In this document: in pieces, positions 1-14,401 of the stretch
How positions within the stretch are numbered: position 1 is the first letter of the stretch
Layout of the letters: every line of letters starts with the position of its first letter
Origin: Lysobacteraceae bacterium
Lineage (GTDB): Bacteria > Pseudomonadota > Gammaproteobacteria > Xanthomonadales > Rhodanobacteraceae
Length of the DNA stretch: 64,000 nt
Reading direction: 5' to 3'
Assembly: GCA_028870665.1 (NCBI GenBank)
Contig: JAGWPB010000002.1
Location: 10,636 to 74,635, forward strand
Position numbers and translations under genes: made by a program
The notes under the pieces: generated by a model
Seen by the model: the letters and a program-made list of their open reading frames with translations, nothing else
Told to the model about the DNA's origin: nothing
Database searches by the model: none

Positions 1-503
1 GCAACAGCCTGCTTGAGCATCTTCTGCGCCGGAGTGTCGCTCCACTGCACGGTCACCACCACGCATACGGGTGCCGTGGGTGGCGTCGACAGGCTGTTCG
101 AGTAAGTGAGACTTCCACACGTCCCGCCGGCGACAGTGCCCAGCCCGACCGAACCCGTTCCCGACGGTAGCGTGCTGGCCAGCTCTGTCAGCCATTGCCA
201 CTGGTCATAGCCCGCCAGCTGGGTCGGGCTGCAGCTGCCGCTGGTGCAATTGACCGATGCCGTCCCGGGCGCGGTATTCAGCGCCACGTCGTAACCGCCC
301 TGCAGCGCCGCCGATCGGTTGGCGCGCATGCGATCGAGAATATCGTAGGTCTCCTGCACGGCCTGCTGGCGCAGGTAGCTTGAGGCATTGGCCTTGTGCA
401 CGGTGATCAGGACGGCCGCCACACCGAGCATGCCAAGTGACAAGATGACGATCGCCACCATCACTTCGAGCAGCGAAAAGCCGCGGCTGCGTTGACACGT
501 CAT
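1..503 (-). CDS. pilV: Type IV pilus minor pilin PilV (partial, runs off window edge)
   Basis: Not in the ORF track. Minus-strand translation from ATG (503-501) gives MTCQRSRGFSLLEVMVAIVILSLGMLGVAAVLITVHKANASSYLRQQAVQETYDILDRM... I checked it codon by codon and it stays open to position 1. It has the prepilin cleavage/methylation motif G/FSLLE followed by a hydrophobic helix. AGGA lies about 7 nt upstream, and the start is 8 nt after the fimU-like stop. Confidence 0.8.
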   Translation of the reverse strand, partial: MTCQRSRGFSLLEVMVAIVILSLGMLGVAAVLITVHKANASSYLRQQAVQETYDILDRMRANRSAALQGGYDVALNTAPGTASVNCTSGSCSPTQLAGYDQWQWLTELASTLPSGTGSVGLGTVAGGTCGSLTYSNSLSTPPTAPVCVVVTVQWSDTPAQKMLKQAV

Positions 504-511
504 GGCGTTTC

Positions 512-1042
512 CTAGGGACATGAGATGCTGGTCGTGCCGTCGGGTGCCGTGCCGCCGCGCGCCGGTGATGCCTGGATGAAGCCGGTGGCGTAGACCTGCA
601 CCGATTGAGCGTAACTGGTACCGCGACTGTCGCAGATCACGAAGACATCCTGACCCGTGGCTAAACCGCGACCGTTGAAACTGACGGCCGCGCTGCCACC
701 GGCGGTCTTGAGGGTCGGTCCACCCGTGCTGAGCGCCGAGGTGTTGAGGATCACGCTGGCTCCGCTCGCGGGCTGGGTGCCCACGATCCAGCCGTTGCTC
801 CAGCTTGTGCCACAGGCGGTGCCTGTGCCCAACGGGCAGATCGTCACCGGCTGATCGGTGCTGAGCGCCGTGTTGCGCGCGTAATTGAGCGAGTTCAGCA
901 GGCCATCCGCCACGGAGGCTTGGCGCCGATTGAGCAACATGGTTCTGAAATTGGGTACGGCAAGCGCAAGCAGCACGGCCACCACCACCACCGTGACCAT
1001 CAGCTCGACCAGGGTGAAACCGCGGATGCGTCGTGCCCCCAT
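512..1042 (-). CDS. fimU: GspH/FimT-family type IV minor pilin (FimU-like by position upstream of pilV)
   Basis: 176 aa. The N-terminus MGARRIRGFTLVELMVTVVVVAVLLALAVP is a prepilin motif. The remainder resembles the GspH/FimT pseudopilin fold region. It is the first gene of a fimU-pilV... type operon. Confidence 0.75.
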   Translation of the reverse strand: MGARRIRGFTLVELMVTVVVVAVLLALAVPNFRTMLLNRRQASVADGLLNSLNYARNTALSTDQPVTICPLGTGTACGTSWSNGWIVGTQPASGASVILNTSALSTGGPTLKTAGGSAAVSFNGRGLATGQDVFVICDSRGTSYAQSVQVYATGFIQASPARGGTAPDGTTSISCP

Positions 1043-1213
1043 GCCCTGCCCCCTTGCCGCGGCCCGTCGGCCACGTATGCGAGGTCACCATTGCCGGGCA
1101 CGTGACGACAAGCCAGCGATGGCGGACCGGCGGCGGCGAACCGCCGATGGACGGCGCACAGACGCACCGTGCTGCGGCATCGCGGACGACGGCCTGCCGG
1201 CGGCAGGCGCGGG

Positions 1214-2155
1214 TCAGCCGGTGGTGCGCAATGCGCGCGGCAGCGCGAAGGTGACGTCCTCGGGCTCGCCCTCGAGCTCGCGCACGTCATCGGCACCGGC
1301 TGCGCGCAGGCGCTCGGTCACCGCACGCACCAGCGCCTCGGGTGCCGACGCGCCGGCGGTCAGGCCGATGCGGGTCGCACCGGTCAGCCACACCGGTTCG
1401 ATCGCCTCGGGACCGTCGATCAGGTAGGCCGGCACGCCCTGCTTGGCCGCCAGCTCGCGCAGGCGGTTGGAGTTGGAGCTGTTCGCCGAACCGACCACCA
1501 GCACCACGTCCGCGGCCGCGGCCAGCCGGCGCACGGCGTCCTGGCGGTTCTGGGTGGCGTAGCAGATGTCGTCCTTGCGCGGGCCCTCGATCGCCGGAAA
1601 GCGCTGCCGCAGGGCGTCGATGATGGCGCGGGTATCGTCCACCGAGAGCGTGGTCTGGGTGACGTAGGCCAGCCGCTCGGGGTCATGCGGCGCCAGCCCG
1701 GCGACATCGGCGAGCGATTCGACCAGATGGATGCGCCCGGGATGGCTCGCATCCCACTGGCCCATGGTGCCCTCGACCTCGGGATGGCCGGCATGGCCGA
1801 TCAGCACCACGTCGAGCCCGGCGCGGCCGAGCCGCGCGACCTCCAAGTGCACCTTGGTCACCAGCGGACAGGTCGCGTCGAACACCTTGAGCGCGCGCTG
1901 CGCCGCCTCGTCGCGTACCGCCTGCGACACGCCGTGCGCGCTGAAGATCACGGTGGCGCCGTCGGGCACCTCGGCCAGCGCCTCGACGAACACCGCGCCG
2001 CGGCGCTTGAGGCCCTCGACCACGTAGCGGTTGTGCACCACCTCGTGGCGCACGTAGATCGGCGCGCCGTAGGACTCCAGCGCGCGCTCGACGATGGCGA
2101 TCGCGCGATCGACGCCGGCGCAGAAACCGCGCGGATTGGCGAGCAGGACCTGCAT
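1214..2155 (-). CDS. ispH: 4-hydroxy-3-methylbut-2-enyl diphosphate reductase
   Basis: From the internal ATG the protein reads [46 protein letters not shown]..., the classic IspH/LytB N-terminus. The lspA-ispH synteny is present. Confidence 0.95.
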   Translation of the reverse strand: MQVLLANPRGFCAGVDRAIAIVERALESYGAPIYVRHEVVHNRYVVEGLKRRGAVFVEALAEVPDGATVIFSAHGVSQAVRDEAAQRALKVFDATCPLVTKVHLEVARLGRAGLDVVLIGHAGHPEVEGTMGQWDASHPGRIHLVESLADVAGLAPHDPERLAYVTQTTLSVDDTRAIIDALRQRFPAIEGPRKDDICYATQNRQDAVRRLAAAADVVLVVGSANSSNSNRLRELAAKQGVPAYLIDGPEAIEPVWLTGATRIGLTAGASAPEALVRAVTERLRAAGADDVRELEGEPEDVTFALPRALRTTG

Positions 2156-2192
2156 GGGCGCGCCTCGGGGGATGGCGGATTCTACGCCGCGT

Positions 2193-2687
2193 TCACTGCG
2201 GATGCCGGGCCCGGGCACCGAGGCCGAACACGATCAGCAGGACCGCGCCGACGCTGATCGCCGAATCGGCGAGATTGAACGCCGGCCACGACCAGTGCTT
2301 CCAGTACACCAGGATGAAATCGATCACGTGGCCGCGGTAGACGCGGTCGATCAGGTTGCCCAGCGCGCCGCCGATCACCAGCGACAGGGGCAGCGCGGTG
2401 CGCCAGTCGCGGCGCGGCGTGCGTGCCAGCCAGACCGCCAGCGCGGCACTGATGACGACCGCCAGCAGGGTGAACAACCAGCGCTGCCAGCCATCGTCGC
2501 CTGCCAGCAGGCTGAAGGCGGCGCCGGTGTTGAACGCCAGCGTCCAGTCGAGCAGATGCGGGATCACCGTGCGCTTCTCGAACGGCAGCAGTTCGTTCAT
2601 CACGATCATCTTGGTGATCTGGTCGGCCACGATCACCACAAACGACAGCCACAGCCAGCTCAGCGCATCGGGTTTGGGACGGTTCAT
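2193..2687 (-). CDS. lspA: Lipoprotein signal peptidase II
   Basis: Starts at internal ATG 2687 ([26 protein letters not shown]...). Conserved NTGAAFS and FNLADSAI motifs are present. It lies immediately downstream of ileS, as in most proteobacteria. Confidence 0.92.
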   Translation of the reverse strand: MNRPKPDALSWLWLSFVVIVADQITKMIVMNELLPFEKRTVIPHLLDWTLAFNTGAAFSLLAGDDGWQRWLFTLLAVVISAALAVWLARTPRRDWRTALPLSLVIGGALGNLIDRVYRGHVIDFILVYWKHWSWPAFNLADSAISVGAVLLIVFGLGARARHPQ

Positions 2688-2767
2688 CGGATGCCACTCC
2701 AGGGATCGACGCAGCTCAGACCGCGCCGGGGCGAAAGGATTCCGCTGCATGGCCGCATCCCGCGACC

Positions 2768-5659
2768 TCAGAAATAGCGCCGGTCCTCGCCCGCGCCGTC
2801 CACGTTCTCGATGCAGCGACCGCACAGCCCGGGATGCGCGGCATGGCGGCCGACATCCGCGCGGTGATGCCAGCAGCGCACGCATTTGGGGGCATCGGTG
2901 CGGCCCACGTCGGTCCACAGCTGCCAGTCGCCGATGCGCAGGCCGCTGGCGGCGGCGCGTTCCGGTCGCTCCGCGATCGGGCGCAATGCGAAGTCCGAGG
3001 TGATGAAAAAAAAGCGCAGCTCGTCCGCCACGCCGGCATAGCGGCGGATGAACGCGTCGTCGGCGAAGACCGCGACCGCGACCTCGAGCGAGGCGCCGAC
3101 CTCCTTCTTCGCGCGCATCGTCTCGATCTCGGCGCTGACGCGCGCGCGAATCGCCAGCAGGTCCGCCCAGAACGCCACATCGGTGGCCGCCCTTGAGGCC
3201 CCTTCCAGGCCCTCATACCAGGTCTCAAACAGCACCGAGGCGTCGCGCTGCCCCGGAAGGTGCTGCCAGATTTCCTCGGCGGTGAAGCTCAGGATCGGGG
3301 CCAGCCAGCGCACCATCGCCTCGAGGATGCGCCACATCGCGCTCTGTGCGCTGCGCCGGCCGCGGCTGTCGGCCGGCATCGTGTAGAGGCGATCCTTGGT
3401 GATGTCGAGATACAGCGCGCCGAGCTCGTTGGTGCAGAAGTTCTGCACCCGCTGCACCACGTCCGGAAAGTCGTAGCGTTCGTAGGCCGCGGCGATCGCG
3501 CGCTGCAGGTCGGCCGCCTGCGCGATGGCCCACTGGTCGAGCAGCAGGCACTCGCCGACCGGCAGCAGGTGGCGCGCCGGATCGAAACCGTCGAGGTTGG
3601 CCAGCAGGAAGCGGCTGGTGTTGCGGATGCGCCGGTAGCTGTCGGTGACCCGCTGCAGGATCTGCTCCGAGAGCGACATCTCGTTGCGGTAGTCGGCCGA
3701 CGCGATCCACAGGCGCAGGATGTCGGCGCCGAGCCGATTCATCACGTCCTGCGGCTCGATGCCGTTGCCCAGCGACTTCGACATCTTGCGGCCCTGCGCA
3801 TCGACGGTGAAACCGTGCGTCAGCACCTGGTCGTAGGGCGCGTGGCCGGTCATCGCGGCGCGCGTCAGCAGAGAGGACTGGAACCAGCCGCGGTGCTGGT
3901 CCGAGCCTTCGAGGTACATCACCCGGTAGTCGGCCCGGTCGCCGCGCGCCAGCTCGGGCCGCGCATCGACCACGCAGAAATGGCTGACGCCGGAATCGAA
4001 CCAGACATCGAGTACGTCGCTGACCTTCTCGTAACGGTCGGCCTCGTCGCCGAGCAGCTCGCGCGCATCCAGCGTCGCCCAGGCATCGATGCCGCCGCGT
4101 TCGACGCGTTGCGCCACCTGCTCCAGCAGCTCGACCGAGCGCGGATGCGGATCGCCCGTCGCCTTGTCGGCGAACAGCGCGATCGGCACGCCCCAGGTGC
4201 GCTGGCGCGAGATGCACCAGTCGGGCCGCCCGGCAACCATGCCGTGGATGCGCGCCGCGCCCCATTCCGGGAACCACTGCACATCGTTCGCGATGGCGGC
4301 CAGCGCGTCGCGGCGCAGCCCGGCGACCTCCATGCCGATGAACCACTGCGGCGTGGCGCGGAAGATCACCGGCGTCCGGTGACGCCAGCAGTGCGGGTAG
4401 CTGTGGCGCAGGGTCTCCAGCGCCAGCAGCACGCCGCGCTCGCGCAGGGTCTCGACGATGGCGGCGTTGGCCTTCCAGACATGCTGGCCGGCGAACAGCG
4501 CGGTGTCGGGCAGGAACACGCCACGGCCATCGACCGGATTCATCACCGGCAGGCCGTAACGCTGGCCCACGGCGAAGTCCTCCTGGCCATGGCCCGGCGC
4601 GGTGTGCACGGCGCCGGTACCGTCCTCGGCCGAGACGTGATCGCCCAGCACGATCGGCACCATGCGGTCGTAAAACGGATGCCGCAACAACGTCAGCGCC
4701 GCGCCGGGCTGGCCGGTCAGTGCTGCGCCGCGAGCCGGCCTTCCATGGACGATCGCCGCTGGAAAGTCCCCTTCAAGTGCGCCGTAACGAGCCGCGCAGA
4801 CATTGGCGAGGAGCGTCGCAACGACGAGGAGGGTACGACGGCCGTTTCTAAGCGGCCCCGAGATTAGGCTGTAGTCGAGTTCGGCATTCAGCGCCACCGC
4901 CTGATTGGCCGGCAGCGTCCACGGCGTGGTGGTCCAGATCGGCACGGCGACGATGGCGTCGCCGGCCTCGACACCGAACTTGGCCGCCAGCGCCTTGCCG
5001 TCGACCGCATCGAAAGCCACATCGATCGCCGGCGAGTCCTTGTCCTGGTACTCGATCTCGGCCTCGGCCAGCGCCGAGCCGCAGTCGAAGCACCAGTGCA
5101 CCGGCTTGAAGCCGCGGGTGACGTGGCCGCGCTCGACGATGCGCGCCAGCGCGCGCAGCATGTCGGCCTCGTAGCTGAAATCCATGGTGCGGTAGGGCTG
5201 CTCCCAGTCGCCGAGCACGCCGAGGCGCTTGAAGTCGGCGCGCTGCAGGTCGATCTGGGCGGCGGCGTACTCGCGGCACTTCTGCCGGAACGCCGCGGCA
5301 TCGAGCTTGTCGCCGGCCTTGCCGTATTTCTTTTCGACCGCGATCTCGATCGGCAGGCCGTGGCAGTCCCAGCCCGGCACATAGGGCGCGCGGTAACCGG
5401 CCAGCAGCTTGGACTTGACCACCACGTCCTTGAGGATCTTGTTGACCGCGTGGCCGAGGTGGATCGCGCCGTTGGCGTAGGGCGGACCGTCGTGCAGGAT
5501 GAACACCTTGCCGCGCGCGGCCGTTTTTTCCTGGATCTGCGCGTAGCGCCCGACCCGCTCCCATTCCGCGAGCCACGTCGGCTCGCGCCGGGGCAGGTCG
5601 CCGCGCATCGGGAAATCGGTCTGGGGCAGTTGCAGGGTGGCTTTGTAATCCATGCTCAC
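2768..5659 (-). CDS. ileS: Isoleucine--tRNA ligase
   Basis: 963-aa ORF with [25 protein letters not shown], the HLGH and KMSKS signatures, and a C-terminal Cys-rich zinc motif (CVRCWHH...CGRC). The start is either GTG 5659 or ATG 5653. Confidence 0.97.
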   Translation of the reverse strand: MSMDYKATLQLPQTDFPMRGDLPRREPTWLAEWERVGRYAQIQEKTAARGKVFILHDGPPYANGAIHLGHAVNKILKDVVVKSKLLAGYRAPYVPGWDCHGLPIEIAVEKKYGKAGDKLDAAAFRQKCREYAAAQIDLQRADFKRLGVLGDWEQPYRTMDFSYEADMLRALARIVERGHVTRGFKPVHWCFDCGSALAEAEIEYQDKDSPAIDVAFDAVDGKALAAKFGVEAGDAIVAVPIWTTTPWTLPANQAVALNAELDYSLISGPLRNGRRTLLVVATLLANVCAARYGALEGDFPAAIVHGRPARGAALTGQPGAALTLLRHPFYDRMVPIVLGDHVSAEDGTGAVHTAPGHGQEDFAVGQRYGLPVMNPVDGRGVFLPDTALFAGQHVWKANAAIVETLRERGVLLALETLRHSYPHCWRHRTPVIFRATPQWFIGMEVAGLRRDALAAIANDVQWFPEWGAARIHGMVAGRPDWCISRQRTWGVPIALFADKATGDPHPRSVELLEQVAQRVERGGIDAWATLDARELLGDEADRYEKVSDVLDVWFDSGVSHFCVVDARPELARGDRADYRVMYLEGSDQHRGWFQSSLLTRAAMTGHAPYDQVLTHGFTVDAQGRKMSKSLGNGIEPQDVMNRLGADILRLWIASADYRNEMSLSEQILQRVTDSYRRIRNTSRFLLANLDGFDPARHLLPVGECLLLDQWAIAQAADLQRAIAAAYERYDFPDVVQRVQNFCTNELGALYLDITKDRLYTMPADSRGRRSAQSAMWRILEAMVRWLAPILSFTAEEIWQHLPGQRDASVLFETWYEGLEGASRAATDVAFWADLLAIRARVSAEIETMRAKKEVGASLEVAVAVFADDAFIRRYAGVADELRFFFITSDFALRPIAERPERAAASGLRIGDWQLWTDVGRTDAPKCVRCWHHRADVGRHAAHPGLCGRCIENVDGAGEDRRYF

Positions 5660-5668
5660 GGCGGGGGC

Positions 5669-6664
5669 TCAGGCGGAAACGGAAAGGGGCATGCCGAGGA
5701 TCGCGCGCGCCGCGGCGGCGTCGCGGTGCATTTGCGCGGTCAGCGCGTCGAGACTGGCGAATTTTTCCTCGTCGCGCAATTTGGCGACGAACTCGACCGC
5801 GAGGCGGCGACCGTAGAGGTCGCCGTCGAAGTCGAACAGATGCACTTCCAGCAGCGGCTCGCGACCGCCCACGGTCGGCCGCAACCCGAGGCTCGCAACG
5901 CCGGGCAGGGATGCCCCAGTGTCGCGGGCGCAGGATGCGCCGGAGCGACCGCCGGGCAGGGACCCCGCCGTGGCGCCATCCACGCGCACCGCGAAAATGC
6001 CCTGCACCGGACTGACGCGACGACCGAGCCGGATGTTGGCGGTCGGATAACCCAGCGTGCGGCCGAGCTGCTGGCCGCGCACGACGCGGCCACCGATCGC
6101 GAACGGTCGCCCCAGCAGGCGCGCGGCATCGGCGAAGGCGCCGTTCGCCAGCGCCGCACGGATCGCGCTGCTCGACACCCGCTCGCCGGCGTCGTGCTGG
6201 GTATCGAACACCCGGGTGACGAAGCCGGCCTCGTCCCCCAGGCGTTCGAGCAGGGCGACATCGCCGTGCCGGGCATGGCCGAAACGGAAGTCGGCGCCCA
6301 CCCAGATCTCGCGCGCGCCCGCGCGCCGCACCAGCACGTCGCGCACGAAATCCTCGGCGCTCATCGCCGCCAGCTCGGCGTTGAAGCGCAGCAGCAGCGC
6401 GCGCGTCATGCCGGCCGCGCACAGACCTTCGAGCTTGTCACGCACCGACCCGAGGCGCGGCAGCGGTGCGCGCGCGAAGAACGCCCGCGGCAGCGGCTCG
6501 AAACTGATCACCAGCGGCAGCATCGCCCGCGCGGCGGCACGCTCGCGCACGCGCGCCAGCAGCGCGGCGTGGCCGCGGTGCAGGCCATCGAAGGCGCCCA
6601 CGGCCAGCACGCTGCCGCCGGGGGCCAGACAGGGGCCGGCGGCATCCCGAGACACACTCATCAT
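5669..6664 (-). CDS. ribF: Bifunctional riboflavin kinase / FMN adenylyltransferase
   Basis: From ATG 6664 the protein reads MMSVSRDAAGP...VLAVGAFDGLHRGHAALL... The C-terminal kinase domain has PTANI and LEVHLFDFDGDLYG. It sits in the ribF-ileS-lspA order. Confidence 0.93.
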   Translation of the reverse strand: MMSVSRDAAGPCLAPGGSVLAVGAFDGLHRGHAALLARVRERAAARAMLPLVISFEPLPRAFFARAPLPRLGSVRDKLEGLCAAGMTRALLLRFNAELAAMSAEDFVRDVLVRRAGAREIWVGADFRFGHARHGDVALLERLGDEAGFVTRVFDTQHDAGERVSSSAIRAALANGAFADAARLLGRPFAIGGRVVRGQQLGRTLGYPTANIRLGRRVSPVQGIFAVRVDGATAGSLPGGRSGASCARDTGASLPGVASLGLRPTVGGREPLLEVHLFDFDGDLYGRRLAVEFVAKLRDEEKFASLDALTAQMHRDAAAARAILGMPLSVSA

Positions 6665-6692
6665 CGCGCGAGTATAGCCACGGTGCCGGCGC

Positions 6693-8306
6693 TCAAGCCT
6701 CGTGCAGCTCGCGCAGGCGGAAGCCCAGCGCGAACAGCACGGCGAGGTAGGCCAGCGACGATCCGGCCAGCAGCATGGCCAGCCGGCCGATGCGCAACCA
6801 CGCACCGTCATGGGTCCAGTCCGGCCAGTACCAGCGTCCGGCCAGCAGGACCGCCGCCATCACCGCGATCGCCGCGCCCAGGCGCAGCAGGTTGCGACCC
6901 CATCCCGGTTGCGCCGCATAGACGCCGGCGCGGCGCAGTGCCAGCCACAGCTGGGTCAGGTTGAGATAACCGGCCAGTGCGCTGGCCAGACCCAGCGCCA
7001 TGTGCAGGCCGGGCACGCGCGCCAGCCCGTCCAGCCAGCCGTGCGCCAAGTCGGCCGGCGTATGCCAGCGCCAGAACAGCAGCCCGACGAAGATCACGTT
7101 GAGCACCATGTTGACCGACATCGACACCACCGCCGCGCGCACCGGCGTCCGGGTGTCCTGACGCGCGTAGAACGCCGGCGCCAGCACCTTGACCAGCGCG
7201 AACGCCGGCAGGCCGAGGCTGAGCGTGGTCAGCGACAGCGTCGCCATCTCGGTGTCGAACGCGGTGAAACGGCCGTGCTGGAACAGGGTCGCGATCATCG
7301 GCTTGGCCAGCAGCACCAGCGCGACCGCCGCCGGCAGCGCGATCAGCAACGCGGTGCGGATGCCCCAGTCCAGCGCGCGCTGGAAGCCTTCGCTGTCGGT
7401 ACCGACGTGATGGCGCGCCAGGCTGGGCAGGATCACCGTGCCGAGCGCGACGCCGAACACCCCCAGCGGAAATTCCATCAGTCGGTCCGACTGCGCCAGC
7501 CAGGTCTGCGAGCCGGCGATCAGGAACGAGGCGATCAGGGTGTCGAGCAGCAGGTTGACCTGCGCCACCGACGACCCGAACAGGGTCGGCAGCATCAGCT
7601 TGAGGATCTTCTGCACGTCCGGGTGGCGCCAGCCCCAGCGCGGCACATGCAGCAGGCCCAGCTTGCGCAGCGCCGGCAGTTGCACCGCCAGCTGCAGCAC
7701 GCCGGCCAGCAGGATCGCCCAGGCCAGCGCGGTGATCGGCACCGCCAGGTGCGGCGCCAGCCACAGCGCGCCGGCGATCATGCACAGGTTGAGGATCACC
7801 GGCGTCAGCGCCGGCAGCGCGAACCGATGGTAGGCATTGAGCACGCCGCCGGCCAGCGCGGTCAGCGAAACGAACAGCAGGAACGGAAAGGTGATCCGCA
7901 GCAGGTCCGTCGTCAGCGCGAAGCGCAGTGGGTCGTCGACGATGCCGGGCGCGAACAGCCGCGTCATCCACGACGCCCCGAACACGCCCAGCGCCGTCAC
8001 CAGCAGCAGGATGCCGCCGAGGGTGCCGGCCGCGCGCGCCACCAGCGCCTGCAACGCCGCCTCGTCGCCGCGCTGCTTGACTTCGGTAAACACCGGCACG
8101 AAGGCGAGCGAGAAGGCGCCCTCGGCGAACAGCCGGCGCAGGAAGTTGGGGATGCGGAACGCCACCCAGAACGCGTCGGTATAGGCGTTGGCGCCAAAGA
8201 CAATGGCGATCACCGTTTCGCGCGCCAGCCCGAGCACGCGCGAGATGAAGGTCATCGAGCTGAACGAGGCCAGCCCGCGCAGCAGGCCCGGACGCGGCCC
8301 GCTCAT
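6693..8306 (-). CDS. murJ: Lipid II flippase MurJ (MviN)
   Basis: From ATG 8306 the protein reads [72 protein letters not shown]. It is polytopic and divergent from rpsT, as in E. coli and Pseudomonas. Confidence 0.93.
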   Translation of the reverse strand: MSGPRPGLLRGLASFSSMTFISRVLGLARETVIAIVFGANAYTDAFWVAFRIPNFLRRLFAEGAFSLAFVPVFTEVKQRGDEAALQALVARAAGTLGGILLLVTALGVFGASWMTRLFAPGIVDDPLRFALTTDLLRITFPFLLFVSLTALAGGVLNAYHRFALPALTPVILNLCMIAGALWLAPHLAVPITALAWAILLAGVLQLAVQLPALRKLGLLHVPRWGWRHPDVQKILKLMLPTLFGSSVAQVNLLLDTLIASFLIAGSQTWLAQSDRLMEFPLGVFGVALGTVILPSLARHHVGTDSEGFQRALDWGIRTALLIALPAAVALVLLAKPMIATLFQHGRFTAFDTEMATLSLTTLSLGLPAFALVKVLAPAFYARQDTRTPVRAAVVSMSVNMVLNVIFVGLLFWRWHTPADLAHGWLDGLARVPGLHMALGLASALAGYLNLTQLWLALRRAGVYAAQPGWGRNLLRLGAAIAVMAAVLLAGRWYWPDWTHDGAWLRIGRLAMLLAGSSLAYLAVLFALGFRLRELHEA

Positions 8307-8366
8307 GGCCGCAGGACTCGCGGTGTGAGGTCCGGGACGCATCCCGCTCCTGCTGTCACCGGCGCA

Positions 8367-8395
8367 TTGACCCGCCCGCCGCGCTCGCGCATACT
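8367..8395 (+). promoter_or_regulatory. Candidate sigma70 promoter of rpsT
   Basis: TTGACC (8367-8372), a 17-nt spacer, then CATACT (8390-8395). It lies about 37 nt upstream of the rpsT start. This is a sequence match only. Confidence 0.5.
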
Positions 8396-8431
8396 TTCCG
8401 TCTTTTCCCTACCTGCGTTCGGAGTTTTCCC

Positions 8432-8695
8432 TTGGCCAACATCAAGTCCGCAAAGAAGCGCGCGCGCCAGTCCGAGCAGCGGCGCATGCGCAATGCCAGC
8501 GCGCGTTCCATGCTGCGCTCCACGATCAAGAAGGTCGTCAAGGCGCTCGAGGCCAAGGACAAGGCCGGTGCCGAAGCGGCCTACAAGGCCGCCGAGCCGG
8601 TGCTCGATCGCTATTCCAGCCGCGGCCTGGTGCACAAGAACAAGGCGGCACGGCACAAGAGCCGGCTGACCGCGCATATCCGCGCGCTCGGCTGA
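8432..8695 (+). CDS. rpsT: 30S ribosomal protein S20
   Basis: [34 protein letters not shown]... The start codon is TTG (8432-8434), preceded by GGAG (8421-8424). A UUG start for rpsT is also known in E. coli. Confidence 0.97.
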   Translation: MANIKSAKKRARQSEQRRMRNASARSMLRSTIKKVVKALEAKDKAGAEAAYKAAEPVLDRYSSRGLVHKNKAARHKSRLTAHIRALG

Positions 8696-8715
8696 AACGG
8701 CCGGGACTCGCGCAG

Positions 8716-8741
8716 AAAGGCCGGCGCAAGCCGGCTTTTTT
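8716..8741. terminator. Rho-independent terminator between convergent rpsT and obg
   Basis: aaaGGCCGGCgcaaGCCGGCtttttt: a GC stem with a 4-nt loop, followed by a T6 tract on the + strand. An A/T-rich run on the other side makes it usable in both directions. Confidence 0.75.
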
Positions 8742-8811
8742 GTGGCCCGCGCCCAGGCGTCCGCGGGCCGCGGCCGCATCCCGACCGGCCGCCGAACCGC
8801 CACCGCCCCTG

Positions 8812-10158
<1,347 letters not shown>

Positions 10159-10416
10159 TCAGCCCGGGATCACGCTCACATAGCGGCGGCTCTTGGGGCC
10201 GCGAACCTTGAACTCGACCACGCCATCCTTGAGCGCGAACAGCGTGTAGTCGCGACCACAGCCGACATTCGCGCCCGGGTGGAACTGGGTGCCGCGCTGG
10301 CGCAGGATGATGTTGCCGGGCTCGACAGCCTGGCCGCCATAGATCTTGACGCCCAGGTACTTGGGGTTGGAATCGCGGCCGTTGCGGGTGGAGCCGCCTG
10401 CCTTTTTGTGTGCCAT
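10159..10416 (-). CDS. rpmA: 50S ribosomal protein L27
   Basis: [48 protein letters not shown]... Confidence 0.97.
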   Translation of the reverse strand: MAHKKAGGSTRNGRDSNPKYLGVKIYGGQAVEPGNIILRQRGTQFHPGANVGCGRDYTLFALKDGVVEFKVRGPKSRRYVSVIPG

Positions 10417-10439
10417 GACGTATTACCTCCGCACCGCGC

Positions 10440-10751
10440 TCAGGCGCTGATGCCGGTGATTTCGACTTCGGTGTAGTGCTGCCGGTGGCCCATCTGCTTG
10501 CGATAGTGCTTGCGGCGGCGGAATTTGACGATGCGGACCTTGTCGGCGCGACCGTGGGCGCGCACCTTGGCGCTGACCACGGCACCGGCAACCAGCGGCG
10601 CGCCGACCTGGATGGACTCGCCCTCGCCGACCAGCAGGACCTGGTCGAATCGGACGGTGCTGTCCACTTCGGCGTCCAGCAGTTCCACGCGCAGGACTTC
10701 ACCCTGCATCACGCGGTACTGCTTGCCGCCGGTCTTGATGACTGCGTACAT
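10440..10751 (-). CDS. rplU: 50S ribosomal protein L21
   Basis: From ATG 10751 the protein reads [26 protein letters not shown]... AAGAGG lies 5 nt upstream. Confidence 0.97.
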   Translation of the reverse strand: MYAVIKTGGKQYRVMQGEVLRVELLDAEVDSTVRFDQVLLVGEGESIQVGAPLVAGAVVSAKVRAHGRADKVRIVKFRRRKHYRKQMGHRQHYTEVEITGISA

Positions 10752-10793
10752 GTGGGCCTCTTGTGTCGTTCTTCTGGGAGGTAAAGCCTTGAA

Positions 10794-10823
10794 AGGATAA
10801 CGGGAACCGCGACCGCGGGTCAA
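10794..10823 (-). promoter_or_regulatory. Candidate sigma70 promoter of rplU-rpmA
   Basis: On the minus strand: TTGACC (10823-10818), an 18-nt spacer, then TATCCT (10799-10794). It lies about 43 nt upstream of the rplU ATG. Confidence 0.5.
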
Positions 10824-10952
10824 ATCCGGGCCGGCCGCGGCAACCGGCCGCGCCGGAGCCGGCGCACGCGGGTCGCCGCTTGCGCCGTCGACGCCCTGCC
10901 CACATCCTGACGGCTCTAATCGAACCCTTTGCCGCCGAGGTCATGCCTCTCG

Positions 10953-13804
<2,852 letters not shown>

Positions 13805-13808
<4 letters not shown>

Positions 13809-14299
13809 GCGCGCCGGGCAAGCCGCGCGCAGCGCGCCGGCAACCCGCATCGACGCCGGCGATCAGGGCGGCGACCGCCGCTGCGGCCGGCAGCGACCCT
13901 CCGCAACCGCTGTTCGTGGCCGCCATCGCGGTGCGCTGGCGCGACCTCGACGCCTTCAATCACGTCAACAATTCAACCTTCCTCACCTACCTCGAGGAAG
14001 CACGCCTGCAGTGGCTGGCCAGCGTGCCCGGGACCTGGTTCGACGAACACGCCATGCCGGTGCTGGCCGCCAGCTCGCTCAACTACCGCGCGCCGGTCAG
14101 CTGGCCGGGGGCGCTGCGCGTGGAATTGGCGTGCGGGCGACTCGGCACCAGCTCGCTGACGCTGACCCACCGGGTCAGCGACGGCGCGGACGCGACCCGC
14201 CTGTACTGCGACGGCGAGGTCGTGATGGTGTGGATGGACCCGGCATCCGGCCGCAGCGTGCCGCTGCCGCAGGCCATCCGCGTCGCTTGTGGCGGGTAG
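13805..14299 (+). CDS. Hotdog-fold acyl-CoA thioesterase (4HBT/YbgC-like)
   Basis: The core reads [29 protein letters not shown]... The ATG overlaps the uvrA stop (ATGA at 13805-13808). A roughly 35-aa Ala/Pro-rich N-terminal extension leaves the true start uncertain. Confidence 0.78.
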
Positions 14300-14401
14300 C
14301 CCGCCGTCGCGCCGGCCGCGGTTCCGGGGCGTGCGGTGCCGGTTCATCCGCGTCCGGCCCACGCTGGCTATGATCGCCCGCGTCCTGCACGGAGATCCGC
14401 C

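Noticed and set aside
1043-1213. The GCCTGCC-ggc-GGCAGGC hairpin after the ispH stop, considered as a terminator, and the spacer as a possible small gene.
   Set aside because: No U-tract follows the hairpin on the transcribed strand, and no ORF with an SD is present. This is most simply the fimU promoter region.
10824-10952. A LexA/SOS box upstream of uvrA.
   Set aside because: I looked for CTGT-N8-ACAG and for the TTAG-N-TACTA type box and found neither by eye. I make no claim here.
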